A DNA stretch of 63,995 bases, the filler included, from Ionaspis alba (lineage: Eukaryota), in assembly GCA_964255285.1 (NCBI GenBank). It is 5 parts of 5 records of this genome, joined end to end, with 100 filler letters (N's around TTAATTAATTAA, not from the genome) between each part and the next. Parts side by side here need not be neighbours in the genome. Positions count along the whole stretch, not along the records: positions 1 to 13,255 come from CAXUUL010000470.1; positions 13,356 to 26,542 come from CAXUUL010000471.1; 3 more parts are not named here. The stretch is one strand, 5' to 3'. Each line of letters opens with the position of its first letter. Position 1 is the stretch's first letter. The notes beneath the pieces were generated by a model. The model saw only the letters and a program-made list of their open reading frames with translations, searched no databases and was not told where the DNA came from. The position numbers and the translations under genes were made by a program. This document shows positions 1-13,356 of the stretch, piece after piece.

Positions 1-1774
1 TTGTAACAGATAACAGCGATGCAACCGGCAGAAGAAGTCAGGGCAGCTCCACAGTAACATGCAATCACCCAAACGATGATTCACGGTTGGAGTTGGTTTT
101 GCGCATGTTTACATGCATGAACCATGGTGTGTCCAAAGCCGCCATTCCGCACATGCTGTTAGACACGGTAATGAATTTGGCGCAGTAGGTCGGCTTTGGT
201 CCTCGCTATGTGAGCATTTTTGTAGGTTGACCAAGTAGAGGCTTGGTTGGTGGAATTGAATATACAAAACTCCCCAGAGTTTCGAAATCTAACATGGACG
301 GACGTCCTCCCCCGTACTTTTACTACGTGGCAAGGCATCTCACAACCAGAACCAACAGAGCTGTCACTCCACCAGATGAACCTTTAATTCATTGGACCAT
401 TGATGCACACAACCGCACAAGATGCTCATTCATTCACTTCTTATAGCGGTAATGCCGATTGTTAAGACCAGGATCAATGGGTGGGAAGTTCTCTAGGGTG
501 AGTGAATACTCCCATCGATGAGAGAGGCACAAGATGCCATCAACTGGCTCCCCATGCATGCGTTCAACGTGGAGACTTCCGAGCAGCATTTATCCCATCG
601 TAGTCGATAATCCGAGGGTAAAACATCAAGTCCAAGTCCCCGGTTTCCATCGAGGCCGGGTGATGGTCGAGGTCCTCGCCTCCTCTCACTTTAACGCGAG
701 TCGTCGTCTACGTCTGGCCAGCAACTACGGCGGGCATGGTAAAGGTATGGACGGAGTGCGTATAGGCCAGTGGAGGCCGACGTAAGGGATGGGGAAAGTT
801 CGACGTCCGCTATCCGGCTACTCCCAAGGTCGGCTACTTTGAGGGATATATCGGCAGCAAGGCAAACGAGGCAACATGGTAATGGGATGTCACCCTGAGC
901 ATAAATCATAAATTGGCTTCCGAGCCTCGGGATTTGTCGACTGGGAAAAAGCAAAGACAGCGAAGAACTTCTTGTCAACTCCGTCTTCTTTTCTGTTCTG
1001 GTCCGAAAGCAACCGGGTAGCAAGACACGAGGCAACTCGGAGATAAGAATAAATAAGGACTTGATCCTACCGTGACATATGGTCTCGCAAATCAGCAACC
1101 ACGGCGAGAGCCGGGATTACCAAGGGTTGAGCCTCCATGCAAGCCGAGGGGCTTAAAAGTAGGATGAGGAATTGGGGGACCATTCGAGCTGAGATGGGCG
1201 ATGGTGATTCGTAATTGATGATGAACCGGTGATGGTGCGGGCTTGACAGCCTTGAATCTGCCTTACGACAGGGAACAGATGGTGTGCGTGGAGGTAGTGA
1301 GCAGACAGAAATGCCACAATGATAATGACAGAAAGGGTGGACGGGGGTCTGGCACTGCAAGGTGGGCAGGGTGGTGGGCCGGTCGGTGGTAGTGGGTGGT
1401 GGAGGAGCAGCAAAAAGAAGAACGGTGTCGGCCAGAAAAATAGCATGGGTGAGGTAGCATGCCGAGCGGTCAGAAATCACAAGAATAAGAAGAAATTCAT
1501 GGTATGCAGCCAATCATGGAATGAGAAAAGCGGCATTTCATGCAAGCATCGATCGCCAGCCAATGACAAGTCAGCATTGTAGGAAATGTCCACCGACACA
1601 ATGAATGTTGCACAGCAATGATCAATGGTCGCGAAGCAGACGCCGGCTCAGCCTTGGAAGAAGGCGGAGCCTCTCAACAGCACGCACAACCTGACAACCT
1701 CTCTCCGTCTTTCCCTTTCCTTCCCTTCCTTTTCCCCATGATTGTTGCAACACACATGCAACACCCCCGTCCCT

Positions 1775-1778
<4 letters not shown>

Positions 1779-1808
<30 letters not shown>
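1779..1808. repeat. (CA)15 microsatellite
   Basis: Perfect CA dinucleotide run read directly from the sequence. Confidence 0.97.
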
Positions 1809-1813
<5 letters not shown>

Positions 1814-2869
1814 CGTGATCCCCCATTCTACATCCTTTCCATTTCCCCCAAAAATGTCGGTGGCCATCTTCCACTAACACCGCCCCCGTTCTCGTTACTT
1901 GCAGCACCGGTGACTCTTCCAGCCCTTCATCCAGTCAACTCAACCCTGTCGGACCAATCACATGAAGTCAAATCCTGAAAAACCAGTCATACCCAGTTAT
2001 GCATCCATCATGTGCTTGCAACTAAACCTCTCTTTGGACCCGTTTGACCCATCTCAATTCATCTCAACCCATTCTTCACCCACTTCCACACCGACCCGAT
2101 GAGTTGACGGCGGCCGCTGCACTCGGCAGTCGGACTTGATTGATTCGTGGCCACAAGGGGTGTGGCATGTTCGTCCATGCCTGTGGAGTCAGTGATTGAG
2201 CAATGGATGATGGGTGATCGCATCTTGGAAGCCTACCGAAAGCGTGTGACTGGGAGGATGCCACCCTAGTCCCTTAGGGCAAAACCAGGCATCCGTCGGC
2301 CTCTCATTCGTCATATGCTTCCATCTCGTTTCCATGCACGCTACTACTAAAATGCTCTCTTCCTCCATCTTCTCTTCTTCTTACTTCACTTCATCAAGCA
2401 ACACTCGGTCCATACAACCACCGTCAAACACATAACAACTCCCTCTGTGTGTTGCTCTCTTACTCGAACTCGCGAGTATCACCTCTTCCCCCCTCCGTTT
2501 CCAACAATTCCTCCCGACCAACTCAACCCACCCTTCAAGCGAACCAACACATCAGCCCTACACATACAAACATCCCACTTCTCATATACTACCCCTCCTC
2601 CATATCCTTCTGCCTATATACACCAATCTGTCCACATCTCCTCTTCTTTCTCTTCTTCTTCGCCATCAGAACTTTCTTGGCGTAAGAGCGGGCTCTCGAC
2701 CCTTGTACAGTCTCTTCCTTTCCGTGCATCACCAAGACACAAATCCTTCGACGTCGACGCCGCATCATTGTCGCCACCGACTTCGCCTCCATACACATTC
2801 GAGTCGGGACAATCATCCTGGCGTGACTATCCAAGCTCCAAGCCGACCAAGTCATCGCTGGAAGCCAAA

Positions 2870-3493
2870 ATGCCTTCCTTCAGGCGTCAAGTCGGTTTCG
2901 CGCCCACCCCCGTCTACTCTCGCCTCCCGCGCGACGATGAGGCCTATGTCATGAAGGCCTTCGCTCGTCACGCAGGCCGTTGCCCAACCTGCGTCAATCC
3001 TTATGAAGTCCACCGCCGGGGAGGAACTCTATGTCCCAAGGGTCACCAGCGTGCCTTGGATGTCGCCCAATATGTCTACAACAAGGGCGGCCAGGCGTAC
3101 TCGGCTGTAGATCGCGAAGGCAGCCAAAGGGTTCAGATCGAAATCCCCGTCGGCTGCGAGGCCGTTCGCTCACTCTTGAAAGCCATGGAGCGTGGGCTTC
3201 GACTGATGAAGCGAGCCCCGGTCAGCTACGACGCCAATTACTACGTACCGCCCCGACCTGTCATCCACCACGAGCGGAGTTACGTGCGGAAGCCTAGACT
3301 CGAGACAGCTGAACCACCTGCCTGGGCAGTGAATGGCCGGACCAGCCGGCATCCAAGTTCTGGCGGGAAGGGCAGTCTCTATGAGTCTGAGATGAGGGAG
3401 CGCGAGAGATCCTACAAACCCACCGTCTACTACAAAGTCAAGTCACAATCCGGTCCGCCCGTGCCACCGAAGGACTACTACTACCACCGTTGA
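2870..3493 (+). CDS. Hypothetical protein (207 aa) with Cys/His cluster and Pro/Tyr-rich tail
   Basis: First ATG (GCCAAAATG) of the 2447-3493 ORF, after a CT-rich leader. C-biased codon usage. Motif HAGRCPTC...LCPKGH. Resembles conserved Pezizomycotina hypotheticals (recollection). Confidence 0.8.
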   Translation: MPSFRRQVGFAPTPVYSRLPRDDEAYVMKAFARHAGRCPTCVNPYEVHRRGGTLCPKGHQRALDVAQYVYNKGGQAYSAVDREGSQRVQIEIPVGCEAVRSLLKAMERGLRLMKRAPVSYDANYYVPPRPVIHHERSYVRKPRLETAEPPAWAVNGRTSRHPSSGGKGSLYESEMRERERSYKPTVYYKVKSQSGPPVPPKDYYYHR

Positions 3494-4609
3494 AACAAAG
3501 AACCGGAAGCCTACGAATCAAAGACCACTACCAAGATTACCTGGGAGTCATCATCATCACCAGACTTACCAAAGCCGTCAATCCAGTCCATGCACGTCAC
3601 AAAAGAAGTCAGGAGACTTACGACTTTACGACGCTATGTTCACCAACACCACCCAAACCCAATGGACCAGCCCCGCCAGGCGCGGAGGCATATGCGAGGA
3701 ACGCACGAGTGCGAATCATTTTCTCTGTTTGGAATCACGTATCCATCGAGTCACGTACTTTGCCGCCCTATCTCATCATGACCACGGGTTACATGGAACA
3801 CGGAACAACGGCCACCTGGTGGAACTACTTGACTGGGTGTGCTCCGCTGAAGGAGAGTAAGCGTTGAGCTTGGAGGGAGGAGGAGGGAAAGGAGGGAAAA
3901 TGGTTAATGCAACCTTTTGGTATGACGCTTGAAGATTTACTCGCATGAACGACGAGCTAGTGAGGTGGGCTCGGTCGAGCGAGCGATAATAGAAATAATA
4001 ATCCAATCATTATTATCCGAAATACTCCATTTATCTCATCATCATAGAACCTCTCTTGAGTTACCACAAATACACCGAAAACAGGCCGCTCGCAAAACAT
4101 CCCCGAGTCTCAGTCCCTCAACTCCACCTTTGTCCCCCCTCGGAGCCACCGCAATCCTTCGCCCCCAAAAGTTTCCCTGCCCATTCCAACTCTCTCCAAC
4201 CACATCCACCCCCACGACCATCAACTCCGAAAGTAATCCTGCGTTCCACAGAGCTCGCTCTTTTCAGCGCGCACAACTCGCATATGTCAATCTTTCACAA
4301 CGATTATTCTCAGCCACCATATGTCGAAGTAAGTCGCAGGGAAACCGATCCCACTATTCGGTAGGATCACCTGGGATGACACAGGTGGTGTGTGTGTGGC
4401 GATTGGGGAAGGATTAGGCACCAGCTTCGCTTGATTAGACGAGGGACTTAAGCTGTGGCGAGCCTTTGTGGTGGGTGAGTGAAGGAAGCTGGGCGTGGAA
4501 GGAGGTGTGGAAATGTTGGGTGAGTGGGTGGTGGTGGGGTAGGAAGAGGAGGATTGCATTACAACTTATGTGCTTGTGCTGTATCGCTATGGCGGGCATT
4601 GAAAACGGT

Positions 4610-4709
4610 NNNNNNNNNNNNNNNNNNNNNNNNNNNNNNNNNNNNNNNNNNNNNNNNNNNNNNNNNNNNNNNNNNNNNNNNNNNNNNNNNNNNNNNNNNN
4701 NNNNNNNNN
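4610..4709. other. Assembly gap (100 N); equivalent gaps at 15868-15967, 31534-31633, 38090-38189, 54251-54350, 57140-57239
   Basis: Runs of exactly 100 N, so the true gap sizes are unknown. Confidence 0.99.
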
Positions 4710-7700
4710 AGAATCGGTGGCCGAATAGTCTGCGACAGATAGATGACTGAACCTGATGAACTTGCTCTGCGATTATTTCGTGCGTTCTCATCAGGTCTTC
4801 GCATGAGAACCATGAATGTATCGAGTCAAAATCTGCTCTTGTTCATCGTAGCAATCGCAGCTGAGATGACCACTTCATTCTGTTTTGCACTTGTAGGCAC
4901 ATGTGTAACGTCCGGCCGTTTCCAGAGAGCTCAATCGTTACGCTCTGCGGCAAGGTAGCTTTACATGTCGGAGGATATCGGGAAGGTCGTCTCGGGACAT
5001 TTGCCACAACCTCGTACTCTCGCTCGTGGCATGCAGCCCTGACACGAGTAACGCACACCTTTAAGGGGTGTAGATGGTTGCACATGATTTGCAGGTCATG
5101 GCTGTGTGAGGACTGATCCGCATGAGTCGATCTGTCGGGTCACTGTATTAAGCCATAACTGTTGAGGCATCGAGTGGCCCTGGCTGACGTGTGATATGGC
5201 CCGCAGCCCAGCTATGAAGGCTGGCCGTGAAGGGTGGAAGCGTTGGTCGCGGCCAGGATCGTTGCGGAGGACGATGAACTGCGAGATATCTGTGATTAAC
5301 CCTGTTAGGGACACGGATAAGGATGGATAACTTTTCTAGCCAGACGTTACCGCACAAGAGCAGAAGGTATCAGTGCTTAATAGTAGTGGGTATAGAGAGG
5401 GCAGTATTGGAACAGAACAGCAATAGGGTGACGGGACGGTCAGTGGGATGAGAAGCTGAGTTGAGCGTTGTGGAGGAGAAACAGGATGCCTTTCGACACG
5501 GATTAGACCTGGAACATCCACCGTGTAAGGACAGGCTAATCACGTTCTTGGAACAAAAGTATGATGTTATAAAAGGGTATAAAGGAAACGTGGCTCTTCG
5601 TGTTTCTATGGACAAAGTCCGCAAGATAAGTCGATGAAGCATGTCTCGATATGCCATGACAAAATCTCCTCAACCGTTCTCGATTAAGAAAATGGTTAGG
5701 TACCAGCATCAACAAGAGCGCCATCAACAAGACGGTCGACGATGACGCATCTCATACTCCTAGTCTGCTATCAACAACGATCCTATCGGTCAGTGCTCGT
5801 TCGTTGAGGCTCAAAGTCACGATTTAGCTTCTCTCGGCCGTAAATATGGATTCTCGAACGTAAAGCTTCTGCCAAGAAGTCTGATGCATGATGAAGGGTT
5901 AGGGTATGAGGAGATTATTCCCACTGCCGTGTTGAGTGTCTAATACGGTACAGTATTAGCCCGATCTGATACTCTACCATTAAAGAGCCGAGAAGGTCGC
6001 CTCCGTACTGGTATCAAGCTGAATTATGCTATCGATGTGAGTAACTTTTCTACGGACACTCAATGACATCAAGGCAACAATGATTCGTATAGTCCAGAAA
6101 AATGTTTTAGAAAAAACTAGCACATGGAAGGTGCCAATGACAACGGTCCTTTCCAACCTTGTAGAGACTTCCTGAGCACTTCCACAAGTAGCAGTCTTCT
6201 TCTCTTGCTCATCTTGCCAAGTTCTGCTAAATGCTTCTTAGGAGAACCAACTTACTCCTGCATGAACTCCCAAAAGAGAACTTTGATCATCCTACCTCCG
6301 TACCGATCTCCGGACAAGGCAAAGGATCTCCAGCCCTCTGCCCCTGACCGCGTCCTTTGATTCCAGTTTTGGCTTGATCTTTAGCAGCTGGCGTGGGTCG
6401 ATCAGGAGCCGGTGCCCATTACAAAGTCCCGGGAGATGATGCCAAGCGAACGGCGGGCATCTAGTCGAAGCCCTAATCACATCAACCCCTGGCGGCTATC
6501 GTTGTGGATCGCCAGTGGCTATCGCTGGTGGCAGAGAGCAGGCTGATGGTGTCCGTGGAACCAGCCTTCTTGGCATATCCGTTTTGGGTACAAAATGATT
6601 TGCTACCACTATCTCGCGCGGCTTGTCATATGTACTCCGTACAGAGAGTCCGAGGACGGGAGAACAAAGCAGTACGAGATCGAGATGCCGTTTCCCATTA
6701 TTGTTCTTGTTTGGCCAAGACTGTAATGTTATCGTGGCTATTGCAGCGCTGGCGCGTTGTCAGGCACATCTTGGGCAAACATTACCGCAGAGTAGCACCG
6801 CGGCCGTGCCTGCGACTCATGTTATTTGAAATTCGAGATTGCAGGATGTCTGAGACAGGAAAGCAAAACTACTAATAATAATAATGTAGAGCACAGCTGT
6901 TGCAAGTTCCACTTCTTGAACTTTCCGTGTTTCGCTCCCGGTTGTACTTACTTGCGCGGCAGTATGGTCGGGTTGACTGAGGCAAGAGGCTGACAGCCCG
7001 AGAGCCGGCAAACTCCAGTGTACAGTAGTAGAGGAGGCGCTGGGTGCCAGCTGTCTACAAAGTTTAGTGGAAGACTGCTGAGTGACAGGCTAAAAGCGAC
7101 AGCGGAAGGATCATTGGTCTATCGGTTGAGGCGGAATACTACTTTTCGGGGAATTTTTGATTGATACCCAGGATGCGAATAGAGAAGAGACAGACGGCGT
7201 GCAGTGATAAGCGGTGCATTCATGCACAGCCGTTGGGAGCAAGGCCACGCGGTCATTCGTGGCATTCAGCGAAAGGGGCGTTGGTCGTGGTAGGATACGA
7301 GGAAAGTATTGAGGCTGGAAAGAATACAGACGCCTCCTTTAGCCGAAGAAGCGGGCAGATTAACTGCGTGGGGTAAATGATAAGATAGAAGACAACCATG
7401 TGAGTTTCTGGAAAGGTCGGATATTCCGGGTAGGCTGCAGGGCATGGCATATGCGAGATCCTTGGGTGGACGAAGATCAAGCTTCTGAACTCTCTGCACG
7501 CTGCACGCACCCCATGATAATCATCTGCACGCTTGACATCAGGGAGCTGGGCATTGGTTGCACCACCTCTCTCCGCACCAGGCAAGCTGTCTCTAGACAT
7601 CAAAAACCGCGGACTATCGCAACGATCGTATCCTGATGAGTCTCTCCATATCACCCTGGTACTTGTCGCTCGACTTGGAGGATCCCTTAGGCTGAACATT

Positions 7701-8998
7701 AGACCTGATCGAGGCATGTATGGACTGTACTCTCTCCTTTCCGCGAGGGAACAAGGGTTGACGAACAACAAATCAGAAGGGGCAACCTCCGCGCTCCTGC
7801 GCCCCTCATCTCCTCATTTCGGCGATTTAGTCATCCGCTAGCCAGAGCCTTGCGCTTTAGACTCGGTGTCGGGCCCACGGAGAGACGTTCCAACCTCGAC
7901 CGTGGTCTCAGAAAGAAAAAGAAAAAAACACAAGGCAGAGCCAAAAATACTACTTCTCGTACTACTCGTGCTAGGGATAATGCTAGCACAAGACACGCAG
8001 ACGCTAATAATATTATCACTGTTCATCCAGTACCTACGAAGCGGCCGGCCACACACAGAGGATATGTGCACCCATGCTCGACTCCTATCCGCGCGCACTT
8101 GACACATCCTTGTCTGCCGACACAATGTCTGAGTGTTTTCAGCTCAGCCAGCGGATACTGGAGACAGTCGAGTGGAAGTTTCCCAGTATCATCATGGCCG
8201 CTATGGCGGTGTCCCTCTACCCGTCTTCAATAATCCTTCGACTCCGAAAGGGGCATTCTCAGGGTCCTTGCCATGATAGACGACCATACACAGAGAGGTA
8301 CAATCGCCCAATGGCCGGCTTGGTATAGACGAGCTTGCGGCCATGGACTGGAGGCATTGCTTGAAGGATGGATACCCACGGCTACACTGTGGGCAACTGC
8401 TCCTCATCGCTTCTCCACTTCATCCATGTAGAACAGATCGAGATTATTCTGGAGTTTCGCTTGCTACGGTAGATCTTTGTCCTACCCACAACACGCATGT
8501 GCATCTAGTGTTGTTTTCCCACGGAAGCCAACAGGGCGCAGGGTCCGGCACTTGAACCTCATCCATGGGTAGCCGGTGGTCAAGCAACCAGGAACAGGCA
8601 CCTTCGACGCGTCTTGGCCGTTGATCTAATTTCCTCTTTGGAGTCTGAAAGAAGACGATCGACCCCTCGATGTCCTGGATCAGCCTGAAAGACCTGGTCT
8701 ATCAGCAACAAGCCGGCTAAGACTCCATGGACGAACTCGTGTTCTGGCCGAATCGGGTACCACGCGTGGCGCAGACTATCTTTCTGGTACGAGCACCACG
8801 AGGAAGAATAAGACAGAGAGATATCCTCGATGCTCCAGCATCATTAGGAGGTCTTTGCTTTTATTTTTCTACCTCGTGGATCTTTAATCGGGTGTGTTGT
8901 CCGACCATCGTCTGTCGTTTGAATTAATTCTTCCCTTCTTGGGGCTTTTCGTCCTCTGAAGAACTAACCCAGGTCACACCACACTTCTGCCATTCATC

Positions 8999-11900
8999 AT
9001 GAGGTTCAGCTTCGCTGCCCTCGCCAGCATCTTGCCTTTGCTCGCGAGGGCATTGGCTCCTACCGACACTATCCGAGATGCTGACCAAGGATGCTCTGGA
9101 TATCTCCCCAATCACAACATGGACCCTTCCGTTGTCAACTCAACGGCCTTCGGCATGCTGTGGCGGAATCAATACGACCCTAAAGATAAGTGGTACGGAA
9201 GACCACTGGTGTACACGAGCCCAAACATAAACGGCGGAAAGCAAATCCTGTTCATGGCTTCAAGCACTAACAGCATTCGCACACTCGACGCCAAGACTGG
9301 AGTGGATATCACCAGCCGCACGGTTATGGCCCCTTTCCTGCAGAGCGATATCGGATGCCCTGATATCCCAAACTTCATTGGTATTATCGGAACACCCGTC
9401 ATTGACGCTGCAACCGATACTGTATATTTCTTCGCCAAGGGCTATAGAGGTGGAGCGGCCAGTGGCGGTGTAGCTAATGGCATTTACAAGTGAGTACATT
9501 TCCAAAGCGTAGCAATATTGAAGACGTGCTAAACCCTTTTCGATAGCTTCTATGCTGTCAGCCTTGTTGACCTGAGCGATCGTCCTGGCTTCCCTGTGCT
9601 CATTGACGGCAACTTTGCCGACAACGATAATACGAGATACTTTCTGGGCGGAACGGTCCTACAGAGACCTGCCTTGACCCTCGTCAACAGCGTCGTCTAC
9701 GGTGGCTTTGGTGGCCACTGCGATCTCTTCAACTATACCGGAATGATCGTTGGTGTCAGCACGAAGCCAAATGTTGGTGTGGTCACGATTTACGCCATGG
9801 AAACCTCTCCCTATGCTGCCCCGGTCCAGACTGATATCACGGTCCAGAAGGGAGGTAAGGCTGGTATATGGATGGGTGGCTTCGGATTAGCATCCGACGG
9901 TGGCAGACTTTTCTTCTCCACCGGCAACGGTCAAGGTCATCAAAACCAAGACAATCCTGCCTCGGGTCGTATCCTTTTGTCTACGCTGGACGAATGCGTG
10001 GTCAATCTTGCCATTGCGCCCGACGGCAAATTGTCGCTTTCCGACTACTTCGAGCCTTATGAATACACATCCCTCGACGCCGCTGACCGAGATCTGGGAT
10101 CTGCGGGGGTCGCTCTCCTTGATCCTGCAGTGTTCAAGGGAAATGGTGTTTCGAAAATGGCCGTTTCGCTCGGCAAGAATGGCAAGGCGTATATCCTAAA
10201 CGCCGACAACCTTGGAGGTTTCAAGATGGGTCCAGGCGGAGGGGATGCCATCGTTCAAACCATCACAGCGGCTAACGCTATCTTTGCCGGTGCCGGCAGT
10301 TATCCCGGAGAAGGTGGTTACATCTACTTCACGCCTGTTGGCTTCCCGACAGTCGCATATAAGCTCGGCACGGATGTAAATGGCAATCCCACATTCTCGC
10401 AAGTCGGTACCACATATCGATCATACGGTGCCAACCCAGGCGTTGTCAACTCTGCTGGTCGAGTCGGTCCCGGAATACCCACCATCACCACGAACAAAGG
10501 CCAAGCTGGCTCTGCCTTGCTTTGGAGGACTGATCCCGACGGTGGACTTCAGGTCTTCTCCGCAGTACCTGACTCCAACGGCTACCTCCAACAAATTCCG
10601 ATCGCACCGACTGGTGGTCTGAACAAATTCCTGCGTCCTGTATTTGGTAAGTCCATCATGATATATCGTGCCCTGAATGCAGCTCATACGTTGCACAGGT
10701 GACTCACGTTTGTACGTTACCGACAACAACGGCAATGTTTTGTGTCTTGGCTCGCCCGTTGCTGTACCCCTAGTATGCAATGCTCCTGTCGACTTTGGTG
10801 ATGTCAACCTCGGCAGCAGCAAGACCTTGCAAGTCTCCTGCACCGCACAGATTGCCATCACTTCCCTTGCAGGTCTCAAGACTAGTGATCCTACTTGGGT
10901 CGCCTCCAATGCTTCTCTGCCATCCGGAGCTCTTGCAGCAGGCCAGCAATTCTCGTTCCCAGTCACTTGGAACTTGAACCAATCTACGAGTCAGAATACT
11001 CCAGGAGCTTCTTACGGAACTGTCTCGCCCGGTATTAAGACCGGTGTGGTGACGGTCTACACCAACAATGCCGTTCCCAACTATGTCAACTCTTACCCCA
11101 TCAGTTTGACTGGTAACCAGGTCAGCTCTGCGCCTTTCTTGAAATTGACACCCGGTGAGATCGATTTCGCTGGTCTTGTCCTCGGAAGCGCAAGTTCCTC
11201 CAATGGAGTGCCGTCTCAAATGATCATCGGAAATGCGGGCTCTACTCCCATGACCATTCTTGGGTATGGCTACTCCGCAGACGCAGGTGGACCATTCACA
11301 AACACCACAGAGGGTGTCAATGGTACCATTGTCGGTCCTGTGTTCTACTCTAAAGATCTGCCCAAAGTCAACACAGTTCTGCAACCCGGTCAATCTATCA
11401 CGGTGACGGTGATCTTTTATACCAATACAGTGGGTCAGTATTCGAGCATCTTTACGATTTGGTCGGATGGTGGAAATCAGTATACCTTGATGTCGGCCAG
11501 TGCTACTACCAAACCCATTGGCCAACTTACCGTCGAGACTAGTGAAGGAGGGTGGAGCACCACTCCCGTCATGGATTTCGGAAATGTTCAGGCGGGAAAG
11601 GTCGTCACTCGGCGCATCAGAATCTGCAATAGCGGCGGGTCTGCTCTGACAATTACCAAATCTAAGCCCCCGCTAACGCCTGAACTGAGAGCCGAGAATC
11701 CTACTGGTGATCTTTACGAAGGTCAAATCATTGCTGTCAACACTTGCGTTTATGGTCCTGTCGATGTCGCTGCGAATCCAGAAATGGCCAACGTTCCTGA
11801 TCACTCTGTCACCGCCGACTGGATTTTGAACACTGACGATCCTGATTTTGGGGGAGTCATTGACGTCAAGATCTCTGTCAATATTCAATCCATCCAAGCT

Positions 11901-13255
11901 GGACCGACATATCCCAACGGAACCGCTACCTACCAATATTTAGGATGCTATTACGATGGCTCCGGACGCCAACTTCAGAAGCAATACAATTTTGCCAACA
12001 ACACCAACGGCATGTGTACCTCTTGGTGTCAGCAGAATGGCTACAAATTTGCAGGAACCGAGTACCATACCGAGTGTTGGTGTGGTAATATCGCTCCCTC
12101 AGCCCTCAAGTGGTCAGACCCTGCTCTCAAACAGTGCTCCTTTACTTGCCCAGGCGATCCAGCCCAGATTTGTGGTGGAAATCCTACTGTCGTTGGCATC
12201 TTCTACGATTCCACCAAATACACTCCTGGATGTGACTCTGTTCCATGCTCTTCGACTTCGACTTCTTCCACTGTCTCGTCCACGGCCACTACCAGCACAG
12301 GGACTGCGACTGGAACGGCCACCGGCACTACGACTGCAACTACTACCGGTACTGACACTGCTACCACCGCCACTAGCACCACTACTACCGCAACTGGCAC
12401 CGATACAGCTACTACCGCGACTACAGTAGCTACCACAACCACCACAACTTCTTCGTCAGCCACACCAACTCAGACGGGTCCCATTGTCAACCCTGGCAAC
12501 GCTAACTGGGCTTCCCTCGGCTGCTGGCACGACCCCAACCAGGCTCCAATCACAAAGACCATCTACCCCAACACAAAGATCGCCAATGACAACATGACGG
12601 TCTCATACTGTTTGAACGCCTGTCAAGCCAAAGGATCTGCGTATGCTGGGCTTGAATACGGGCGCGAGTGTTATTGCGGAAATACTATTGCTGTTAATGC
12701 CACCAACAACTGGACCGGCTGCACCATGCTTTGTGCGCTCAACAAGATGGAATACTGTGGTGGTGGAAACTCGATGAACGTGTATAAGTTCAGTAGTGCT
12801 TCGTCGTCCAGCTCTACTACGGCTGCTTCTAGTACTACAGGTACGCTATCATCATCTGATACTGCTTCTGTCTCCAGCACAGTCTCTTCTTCCGGGACTA
12901 CTTCATCGTCTGGGACTGGTTCGGCCACTGGTACTACTAGTACCACTGGAACAACCACGTCTACTGGCACAACTTCTACCTCTAGTACAGCTGCTTCTAC
13001 TTCTACATCCACCACCGCTACACCTACAGACACAGCTACTACTTCTAGTACTGCTGCTTCATCTACCTCCACTTCCAGTACAACCACTCCCACAGAAACA
13101 GCTACAACTTCTACCACTACTACTTCTCCTACTTCCACTTCCACCACGGCTGCAAGCTCTGGTACCACTTCGTCTACTGACACAGGCTCCACTTCAGGCA
13201 CTGGTTCAGCCAGCGGTACTGCCACTGGCTCTACTGCCACGACTGGTACCACCAC
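8999..13255 (+). CDS. Secreted WSC-domain protein: signal peptide, PQQ/quinoprotein-like beta-propeller region, three Ig-like repeats, at least two WSC domains, Ser/Thr linkers; 3' end truncated by scaffold end
   Basis: Exons 8999-9489, 9547-10646, 10699->13255. GT-AG introns 9490-9546 and 10647-10698 join three ORFs in frame. N-terminus MRFSFAALASILPLLARALA. WSC signatures YLGCYYD...C...C...YKFAGTEYHTECWCGN...C...C.G...CGG and SLGCWHD...MTVSYC...C...YAGLEYGRECYCGN...CGG. Confidence 0.9.
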
Positions 13256-13355
13256 NNNNNNNNNNNNNNNNNNNNNNNNNNNNNNNNNNNNNNNNNNNNT
13301 TAATTAATTAANNNNNNNNNNNNNNNNNNNNNNNNNNNNNNNNNNNNNNNNNNNN
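13256..13355. other. Artificial scaffold linker N44-TTAATTAATTAA-N44
   Basis: The 12-mer places stops in all six frames. The same structure occurs four times in the window. Confidence 0.98.
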
Positions 13356-13356
13356 G

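Noticed and set aside
2447..2869. N-terminal extension of the 348-aa ORF
   Set aside because: No ATG. A CT-rich leader that lacks stops because of its composition, although non-AUG initiation cannot be excluded.
4435..4813. ORFs containing runs of X
   Set aside because: Artefacts of translating through N gaps.
5896..5906. GGGTTAGGGT as a telomerase RNA template (minus strand) or telomeric relic
   Set aside because: Only ~1.5 repeat units, which can arise by chance. No pseudoknot or CR4/5-like element was recognised by eye.
7866..8102. Short ORF with a hydrophobic stretch (ILLLVLLVLGIML)
   Set aside because: Starts at GTG, arises from low-complexity TAC/CTA and poly-A tracts, and has no recognisable family.
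12203..13311. Val/Ala-rich and Leu-rich ORFs overlapping the WSC gene
   Set aside because: Shadow frames of the Thr/Ser linker codons.
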